Source: Flectonema sp. DT1601 (Eukaryota). From it: 64,000 nt of DNA. The notes beneath the pieces were generated by a model. The model was not told the DNA's origin. It worked only from the letters and a program-made list of their open reading frames with translations, and searched no databases. The position numbers and the translations under genes were made by a program. Shown piece by piece: positions 56,759 through 64,000 of the stretch (position 1 is its first letter; each line of letters begins with the position of its first letter). The stretch is taken from NCBI GenBank assembly GCA_964019425.1, contig OZ025796.1:992001-1056000 (forward strand), given 5' to 3'.

Positions 56759-59353
56759 TCAGTGGCTGCCTTCCAATAAATCGTACCTGTCGCGTAGATC
56801 GTCAATTCGCATGTGTGTTTTTGAAACGGCAGCGATTCGCATCATTTGAGGAAGTACGCGAGCTTTAAGAATTGGACTGCTGTGAGCAAATATCCTCTGC
56901 GTGATTCTCCTATGAGTAGTGTCCCACATAGATACGATTCCATCAGCAAAACCACAAGTAATGTACCTACCTGAGAGCGTACATGAAACACAAGAAGTAG
57001 GAGGTGCCGAAGGACTACCCACACCATTAGTAAAAGATTCTCGTCGTCTTCTAGTTGGGATTTCTTCATTCTTTAAAGGTCCTAAAACAGTACCTCCATC
57101 CCACATAATTGTTGCAACAACTTCTCCTCTCTTGTCAAGAACGTAAAAATTACCATTCGCACATCCAACGACACAATGCATACCAGGTTGATGCATCTTT
57201 TCAATACAAGTTACTGATGATGGTAGGGATGTGGAGAAACTGTTTCTAACCCCGCCAATGTCTTGTCCACCTGATATGATGATTCGAGTTTCTCTAACAG
57301 TTCTATCAGAGTATGTTATCAGGAGTGCGTGTGGTGGGCTGTACCCGACATCAATCCAAAATATATAATCAACAGCAACACCACGAGATGAATGTGGTAT
57401 CACTGGTGGAACTGATGAGTCCGCCAGTGATACTCTACGAAGACCACTTCCATGAGGTTCAACAAGAGTTGCTAACGCCTTCCCAGACAAGTCAAAAATC
57501 AATACGCTGTTATCCAACAGCTGTGTTACTACCTGTGAAATACCTTCTTCTTGTCGTCCTATAAAATCAATTCTCTTCGGAGGTGTTGCTGTAGCAAAAT
57601 GAAATATATCATCGCCAGTAATATAATTTAGAACTTCAATTGTTCCATGCTGAGTCCTCGACATACCGATCCCTACTATATCATTAAAACACGGTGAAAG
57701 ACATTCTGCTGGACCTCGAAGCTCAAACACAGATGACTTTACAATTAATTCCTCACCTCCGTAACCTGTTTCGTCATAAAGAGAGACATCGAATGTGTGT
57801 AAAAACCCATCAGTTGATGTAACTAATATTTTCATATCTTGTTCATTATAAACAACATCAGAAATGTGTTTACCGTTTTGCGATAAGTTACCGACTTCAA
57901 TAATTCCACTCTGCTCACTATATTCTAACTTGTGTTGTTTTAACGTTGTATTCCATAAGTCACAGTGAGAAGCGAACTCTGATATCGTAATGAGAGTACC
58001 AGTTTGGGTTATGACTGCCCAGGCCTTAACCTGCTTAGAATGATTGCTTGGTTTTGAATAACCAGATAAATCAGATGTACGTGAACCTCGTTGAATATCA
58101 AAATCGATTACCAGAATTGAATTATCACCAGCACAGCTAAAGATTCTATCCCACGAAGCATCGTTGTTGTAATCCAATAAAACATTTTTTATACTTGATC
58201 GATGACCTTGAATTGATAATAATTGTGTTGGATGTTCCATTAGTTTTTCAGTGTTGCTGTAATCAAAAACCGACAAGAGGCCTTCATCTGTTCCTGACAA
58301 GACCCATTTTCTTCTCGGATCGACTTCTAATTTTCTAATAGATGATTCATGAAGTTGAAACCTCGCGAGAGCCTTTGAATTCCTATTATAAAAAGAAAGG
58401 TATCCAGACTCACTTGTCGATGATATAACGATATTCGAGCAACTCGCAATGTCGATGATTTGACCTTTCGCTCCACGGTATTGAAAAGGCATAGAAACTT
58501 GGCCATTGGGTTCTATGATGAATTCTCTAACAGAGCCAGCACCACAACCAGAAATGATAGCCGTAAGGGAGCTTCCCTCAATTGAAGAAGGATATGAGAA
58601 TTCCAGGTACTGAATAGGTCCTCCTCCATTCCCTGGTTCAATCCCTCGCTTTAGCTCACCTGACCAATTCCAAATATTAATATGCTGATCACTACTACCT
58701 GATATGATATATTCACGTGTGAGAAGTATCTTTTTTATCATCATGGTGTGCTGATCAAGAATTCTGATCGGTCTTTTAGAAACATTAATGTCCCAAATCA
58801 TTAATTTCTTATCAATGCTACCACTGACTGGGCTGCACTCATTCCATGTTGGAACTGAGAGGCAAGTCACTCGATCGGTATGACCTTCTAAAACAATATG
58901 AGCTTCGCACATTACGGTCATGTCCCAGACGTATATGTTGTGTGTTTCTTCAGATGCAGTCGTTGAGCGAAAATCTCTGTCAACAGCAGTGTAAATGTAT
59001 GAGTTGGTTGCATGTAAACACGATACTGGTAAGTTATTAAAATGTTTTCCTGATCCGGTTACCTCCCCAGTATCAAAATTCCTGATTTGGAGTTGTCCAT
59101 TTTCATGTCCCGTTATAACAACGTAGTCTGCTCTCAATTCTTGTTTATCCCCTTTTTTACCTTCTCCAAATCTCTGTGCTGCTGTTACGATATTTGCAGC
59201 TTTTCTAAGTGTCTTTTTAGCATTAAAATCTTTGTTGACAGGAACATCCTTGTTAAACATTGCAAACCGACTCATGTGAGTGACTGCAGTGCTACTTTTC
59301 ATAGATCTTATGTTGTATTTAGTGAGCTCTGGTGACACTGACGGGTTTGACAT
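56759..59353 (-). CDS. WD40-repeat protein (probably two propellers)
   Basis: LEGHTDRVTCL...SGSIDKKLMIWD, ISGSSDQHINIWNW, QGHRSSIKNV, TCGFADGIVSMWD, FAHSSPI. Confidence 0.88.
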   Translation of the reverse strand: MSNPSVSPELTKYNIRSMKSSTAVTHMSRFAMFNKDVPVNKDFNAKKTLRKAANIVTAAQRFGEGKKGDKQELRADYVVITGHENGQLQIRNFDTGEVTGSGKHFNNLPVSCLHATNSYIYTAVDRDFRSTTASEETHNIYVWDMTVMCEAHIVLEGHTDRVTCLSVPTWNECSPVSGSIDKKLMIWDINVSKRPIRILDQHTMMIKKILLTREYIISGSSDQHINIWNWSGELKRGIEPGNGGGPIQYLEFSYPSSIEGSSLTAIISGCGAGSVREFIIEPNGQVSMPFQYRGAKGQIIDIASCSNIVISSTSESGYLSFYNRNSKALARFQLHESSIRKLEVDPRRKWVLSGTDEGLLSVFDYSNTEKLMEHPTQLLSIQGHRSSIKNVLLDYNNDASWDRIFSCAGDNSILVIDFDIQRGSRTSDLSGYSKPSNHSKQVKAWAVITQTGTLITISEFASHCDLWNTTLKQHKLEYSEQSGIIEVGNLSQNGKHISDVVYNEQDMKILVTSTDGFLHTFDVSLYDETGYGGEELIVKSSVFELRGPAECLSPCFNDIVGIGMSRTQHGTIEVLNYITGDDIFHFATATPPKRIDFIGRQEEGISQVVTQLLDNSVLIFDLSGKALATLVEPHGSGLRRVSLADSSVPPVIPHSSRGVAVDYIFWIDVGYSPPHALLITYSDRTVRETRIIISGGQDIGGVRNSFSTSLPSSVTCIEKMHQPGMHCVVGCANGNFYVLDKRGEVVATIMWDGGTVLGPLKNEEIPTRRRRESFTNGVGSPSAPPTSCVSCTLSGRYITCGFADGIVSMWDTTHRRITQRIFAHSSPILKARVLPQMMRIAAVSKTHMRIDDLRDRYDLLEGSH

Positions 59354-59578
59354 GTTGCGAGTTTTTTTTTTTTTTTTTTTTTTTTTCCCTGGAAAGAATA
59401 CAGTAAATAACCTAACAAACGGATGTCACTTGCATTCAGTAGAACAGAACTCCCCGGACATGGAAATGACACAAAGGGTTGGCGAAAAGCGAAGTGTCAA
59501 AACGTATAAATATCACAAAGAAGTGAAGACAAGGTCATCACTCAGCTAACAGTATCTCATCTTTAAGAGTCACTATGA

Positions 59579-59791
59579 CTACAATTCAAGTATCTTTCTG
59601 TTGTGTCGGTCAGGTCTTGACGGCAGTGGTGTTAGCCCAGCTGCGAGGTCATCTCCACATCCATTGGATCTCTTCTTTCTAAATGTTCCAAATCTCTTTA
59701 GCATGTCAGGATCGACAGGCACAGCTGGACGTCCTGTCCCTTTGCGTGGAACTGGCATCCGCCTTCGAGGTATCTCATTACTGTTTATCAT
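59579..59791 (-). CDS. Small basic hypothetical protein (~70 aa)
   Basis: Same strand as neighbours, higher GC than flanks, own polypyrimidine-AG (CTTATTTCTACTCATCAG) just upstream. Confidence 0.5.
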   Translation of the reverse strand: MINSNEIPRRRMPVPRKGTGRPAVPVDPDMLKRFGTFRKKRSNGCGDDLAAGLTPLPSRPDRHNRKILEL

Positions 59792-60222
59792 CAATGATTC
59801 TTGTTATCACTGATGAGTAGAAATAAGTTTAGAAAAACACAAGAAAAACACAAACTCGATCACTAACAATTCTCTCTTTTTACCTACGTAACGAGGGGTA
59901 CGGAATCCTAAAAGGAAACAACTAAAAGGACGTAATCAACCACTGAAGTATTATAATAATCAAAAGTAAGTTTTTGCATGACTGAGCAGGGTTTGCAGTA
60001 GGCAACAAAACAATAAAAGGAAAAGCTGGTTGTTTGTGGAGATATCCTCGTAAACTCAAAGTTAATAAGAAGTTTACAGGAGTAACCACTCGCTAATAAT
60101 CAGTTTTTCAAAAATGAAACATTCGTTCGACAGCTGCGATCTGAAGAAGTGATCTTGCGCAGCGAAATTTATTTGTGTTTAGAGAGGGAGGGTTTTATTT
60201 TTGGACTTGCTGTGTTTCGACT

Positions 60223-60519
60223 TTAGTTAGCGTCAAAGTACTCGAGGGCATCAGCAATACCAACACTCTTGGCTCCAGAAACGGAAGGCGCATCGGCACC
60301 GAGTGGCTTGTATACACGAGCGTGAACAGCCTTGTCACCTCCAACGTTAATCTTAACGAAGTAGTTGGTACCAGCAACAACCTGTGTGCGAACAGACACT
60401 GGTTCGAATGTCTCGAACTTTCCTCCAGCCTTTGCTTCGATAGCTTCCTTCAATCCAGTGACCATAGTCTTCTCATCAGCGGTCAAATCGCGAGCGTCAG
60501 TGCAGCCTCCGCAGGACAT
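60223..60519 (-). CDS. Cystatin, type 1 (stefin A/B-like) cysteine protease inhibitor
   Basis: N-terminal GG, QVVAGTNYFVK, HARVYKPL; 98 aa with no signal peptide. Confidence 0.93.
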   Translation of the reverse strand: MSCGGCTDARDLTADEKTMVTGLKEAIEAKAGGKFETFEPVSVRTQVVAGTNYFVKINVGGDKAVHARVYKPLGADAPSVSGAKSVGIADALEYFDAN

Positions 60520-60881
60520 TGTTGTGGTTTAGAAAGTTGAGAATGGGAACTAAAAAAATATTTTAACAAACAACTCAAAGTGAACCATCCAACATCGAAC
60601 GAATAGTAACATCTGTTTTGAGTCCGCCTATTGGAGTGGATGAAATACTAATAAAGTTTTTTTTACAACAATAACAAAAATACAAACTACTCAAAACACC
60701 GTCTTCACGAAGAGTCTAATCAGATCGAAGATCTTAAAACAACATGTGTGTTCGTTCGTTACTCTTTTCGTTTTTTTTCTTTTTTTTAACTTACTTTTTT
60801 TTTTTCGCAAATTTTTTTTCTACTTGTTCCTTTTTCCCCTTATCCCAAAAACAAAGAAATTATAAGCAAGTGCACACAATA

Positions 60882-61574
60882 TTACATGTGGTCATACCTA
60901 TCGGATGCTGTTGTTGTACTTGGCAGAAATCCGTTGCGTGCAAGATAATCAACAATACCTCTCTCTGTTACATCAGATATGCCTTTATGGGCAGTATTGA
61001 CTTTGCTGCTTATTTCTTTCCATTTGAGAAATCGTCTGCTAAGAGCAGATTCACTCAAAGCTTTTGCTTGCCTTAAAGACGCAGCATTCTGTTGAGATCT
61101 GATAAAGAAAACGTCATTACGAATTGAACTGCTGGGTTCGTTCATCAAATTCATTTTCTCGATGTCGTAAAGAAAAGCGTAACCCGATCGGGTACGTTTC
61201 CGAAATGCGGTAGCAGCATCCTTCTCTGCGTATAGCTGCAATTGTAATGACACCTCTTTCCTCTTTGTTTTTAGACTTACTACTTTTTTTTTAAGTGTTT
61301 TTATAGTTCCTCCCCAAGACTTGGCTAATCGTATGACTAAGCCCCATGCTTCTTCCGAAGACAAAGAATCGCTAACGCGTATGCCGTGATTTTTTGCTAA
61401 TGAAACGACGTCAACGACGTTGTCGGACTGGACCAGATTTTTCGCTTTCTCTTCAAAAGCTACTAATTTAAGTTCTGTATCAGATATTTCAGTATTAAGC
61501 TGATTCATTTTGCTTGCTGTCTGGGTCCATTTCATATGTCCTCGACTCAAGAGTGGATATATACGGCGAAACAT
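60882..61574 (-). CDS. Hypothetical coiled-coil protein, possibly mitochondrial; may have a terminal intron 60733-60897
   Basis: 230-aa ORF starting MFRRIYPLLSRG (presequence-like); acceptor at 61590. Confidence 0.7.
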   Translation of the reverse strand: MFRRIYPLLSRGHMKWTQTASKMNQLNTEISDTELKLVAFEEKAKNLVQSDNVVDVVSLAKNHGIRVSDSLSSEEAWGLVIRLAKSWGGTIKTLKKKVVSLKTKRKEVSLQLQLYAEKDAATAFRKRTRSGYAFLYDIEKMNLMNEPSSSIRNDVFFIRSQQNAASLRQAKALSESALSRRFLKWKEISSKVNTAHKGISDVTERGIVDYLARNGFLPSTTTASDRYDHM

Positions 61575-62132
61575 TGCTGTTTGTTTATACTGAATGAAAA
61601 ATACTTAATTACTCTTGCCAGTATCTACTACTGCCCTTTCCCTAATGGACTCGCGTTGACAAGCCTATGTCTCAAATAATTGTCCTGTTTGCGATGATTA
61701 AAAAATAGCTGAAAAAAAAAGTTTTTTCAATTTTTTTTTTTTTTTTTAATTTCTTTTTTTTTTTTATAAATACTTTGCGACAAAAGGCCAGATCACCCTT
61801 CAGTCTCACGGATATTCACCGAACATTCATTAAAAGAAGAGACATGAAAAAAAAAAAAAAAAATTAAAAAAGGAGGGGGAAGAGAATCTCCTCTCCCCTT
61901 TTTTTTTTTTTTTTTTTTTTAAAAAACTGTCAATAAGGTACTGGAAAATATGAAACAAGCGACAGACCACATTCTTGACAATTAGAAATATTAGTTTCCA
62001 TTCATTTTTGACAAACAAAATCCGGATACGGACCGACCCAATCAGACAAAAGGATTAGTCCAGCCCTCCACCAAGTAAGAAAAATGATAGGGGGAAAAGG
62101 AAACAGACGTCTTCAAAAGCTGTTAGTTAGTA

Positions 62133-62765
62133 TATGAGTTTATTGTAAAGATAATTGCACCTTAAACAAATAAAATAGTGAAAACACATTACATAAATCG
62201 TTCTGCTGTTCCATTTTTACGGCAGTGTACAATAAACTTTTTTCTACCTGTCTCCCTTTTTTTTTTTTTTTTTTTTTTTCCTTAAGACTTCACTCAGTGA
62301 GTTTTTAGTTTCAATGGTGGTCACCATTGGAAGAAACGATTTGCCACATCTATCTGAGCACTCCAGGACGAGTTAGCAAAATCCAGTAAATATAAATTAT
62401 ATTATGAGTTTATTATAAGATACTTTGCACTGATTCAAAATATAACAAAAAAGAAAAGTCATAAAAAACACAATTGTTCTGCTGTTCCATTTTTACGGCA
62501 GTGTACAATAAACTTTTTTCTACCTGTCTCCCTTTTTTTTTTTTTTTTTTTTTCCTTAAGACTTCACTCAGTGAGTTTTTAGTTTCAATGGTGGTCACCA
62601 TTGGAAGAAACGATTTGCCACATCTATCTGAGCACTCCAGGACGAGTTAGCAAAATCCAGTAAATATAAATTATATTATGAGTTTATTATAAGATACTTT
62701 GCACTGATTCAAAATATAACAAAAAAAGAAAAGTCATAAAAAACACAATTGTTCTGCTGTTCCAT
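62133..62765. repeat. Tandem duplication, ~270-274-nt unit, ~2.3 copies
   Basis: tatgagtttatt at 62133, 62403 and 62677; near-identical blocks ...gttctgctgttccat...gacgagttagcaaaatccag... Confidence 0.9.
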
Positions 62766-63304
62766 AAAAACACTTTTTCAGGCCTTAATCTTATACTTCT
62801 GGTCTCCCCTTTAGGCCTTCATCAGTAAGTTTTGGGTGACTTCATCGCAGTCATTAAAAAGTTAGTTGGCAAGTCCAGAAAAAAGTGTTTTTGCCTATCG
62901 TTCACAAGGAGTAACATATGACATGATGTCCAGTTCCATAACCGATTACACAATACTCTCATTTGAGATAAGATGAAAATCATTAACACAATCACACGAT
63001 ATCTCGAGGGGGGTGAAAAGGGGAAAGGGAAAAGGGATTTGGTGGAGAAACTAACAGAACAATAAAAAGTCTTCAACGCTGCAATGCGTTTTTAGTACTC
63101 ATTCAAAAAGAATGAAAAAAAAAGAAGAAAAAAAAAAGAATGTTAACCTTTTATGAGTTAACATTCCGGTTTGCGGCAGATACAAAACAAAGGTAACGAT
63201 TTCCCAATTACATAAAATACTTGATTGTCACAAGATTGTCTGATGAAGAGTACAAACTCCATTATTATTACTTTTACTACATGTCTTGTTATTTGAATGG
63301 CTGC

Positions 63305-64000
63305 CTACAAGATTCCGTTTGACCATTTTTGAAAGCGATCGTAACCCCTTGCTCTCCTGTTTTTTTTTTTTTTTTTTTTTCGTTTTCTTGGTGAGCAGGT
63401 TATATTATTAACAAAGAAAGAGAAGAAGAATAAAACAAACCAATTATCAACAGACTGGTCAACTGCATCCCGAACCCAAACAGTTAAGTCACCGTCAGGA
63501 CTGAGTCGAGAAGCCAAAGCATCGACTGCAGCTTTTGGATCATTACCGAAGCACGGTAAAAGGGGTCCAGGTATCATCATGTCGACGACTTTAATAATTT
63601 CATCTTTGTGTTTCATCGCTTCTTTGAATGCAGCATAAACCAAAACCCTAAAATACTGAAACATATCACCAGACACACCTCCCATGACATCAACGAATTC
63701 TTGTGATAATTTAAATGGCATCGATTCGAAATTAACTCCTCCAGGGCTGTTGGAGAGCATGAATCCAAAATCAATGTGAACAACTGAACCATCGCGTCGC
63801 AATAGAATATTAGCGTTGTGCCGATCTTTAAGCTGTAGAAGGTAAGACAGGACGCTATAAGCGGCCATTGATTCGACAAAATTACGTTGAGCATCAACAT
63901 AAGCAGCTGATTGTGTATTTCCGTAAGTGAGAATCCAATAATCAGAGAGTGTTCTAACGTCTTCTGGCATTGCTTTCTTAAGACAGTCGATTGAAGTAGC
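63305..64000 (-). CDS. PI4KB: Phosphatidylinositol 4-kinase type III beta/PIK1-like, C-terminal catalytic domain (5' end outside the window); intron 63357-63440
   Basis: AQRNFVESMAAYS, LQLKDRHNANILL, HIDFGFMLSNSPGGVNFESMPFKL; spliced end DNWRARGYDRFQKWSNGIL. Confidence 0.9.
   Translation of the reverse strand, partial: ATSIDCLKKAMPEDVRTLSDYWILTYGNTQSAAYVDAQRNFVESMAAYSVLSYLLQLKDRHNANILLRRDGSVVHIDFGFMLSNSPGGVNFESMPFKLSQEFVDVMGGVSGDMFQYFRVLVYAAFKEAMKHKDEIIKVVDMMIPGPLLPCFGNDPKAAVDALASRLSPDGDLTVWVRDAVDQSVDNWFVLFFFSFFVNNITCSPRKRKKKKKKNRRARGYDRFQKWSNGIL
63357..63440 (-). other. GT-AG intron (84 nt, phase 2, in frame and stopless)
   Basis: TG|GTTTGTTTTATTCTTCTTCTCTTTC...AAAACG(A)nCAG|G; removal restores the conserved DNWR..YD..Q...NGIL end. 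Confidence 0.88.

Noticed and set aside
1..64000. Non-standard genetic code or programmed frameshifts to explain split ORFs
   Set aside because: Long ORFs translate cleanly, TAA, TAG and TGA all serve as stops, and the splits are explained by GT-AG introns (except the SET/b5 reductase junction).

Overview
Eukaryotic, AT-rich protist genomic DNA. All ~22 credible genes are on the minus strand in two tightly packed head-to-tail blocks (1-22.7 kb and 41-64 kb), separated by an ~18 kb homopolymer-rich gap with no credible ORF. Unidirectional packing, polypyrimidine-AG sites just upstream of start codons and short GT-AG introns together suggest a euglenozoan with polycistronic transcription, SL trans-splicing and cis-splicing, most plausibly a diplonemid (inference). 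Recognisable products: GT77 glycosyltransferase, MFSD6-like transporter, PDK1-like kinase, giant beta-helix protein, peptide deformylase, PLAC8 protein, SET-domain and cytochrome b5 reductase fragments, AlkB dioxygenase, ALG3, Pro-rich PDZ protein, giant EF-hand protein, WD40 protein, stefin-type cystatin and PI4-kinase. The most striking signal is splicing architecture. All 8 reconstructed cis introns end in an A/C-rich tract before YAG with no polypyrimidine tract, and most are U-rich at the 5' end. The putative trans-splice acceptors in front of genes have classical polypyrimidine tracts. Other signals: a structured SINE-like element, a dispersed hairpin that masks a splice-donor motif, a degenerate repeat family confined to the gap, and several enzymes with altered catalytic motifs. 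All calls were made by eye; no database searches were run.
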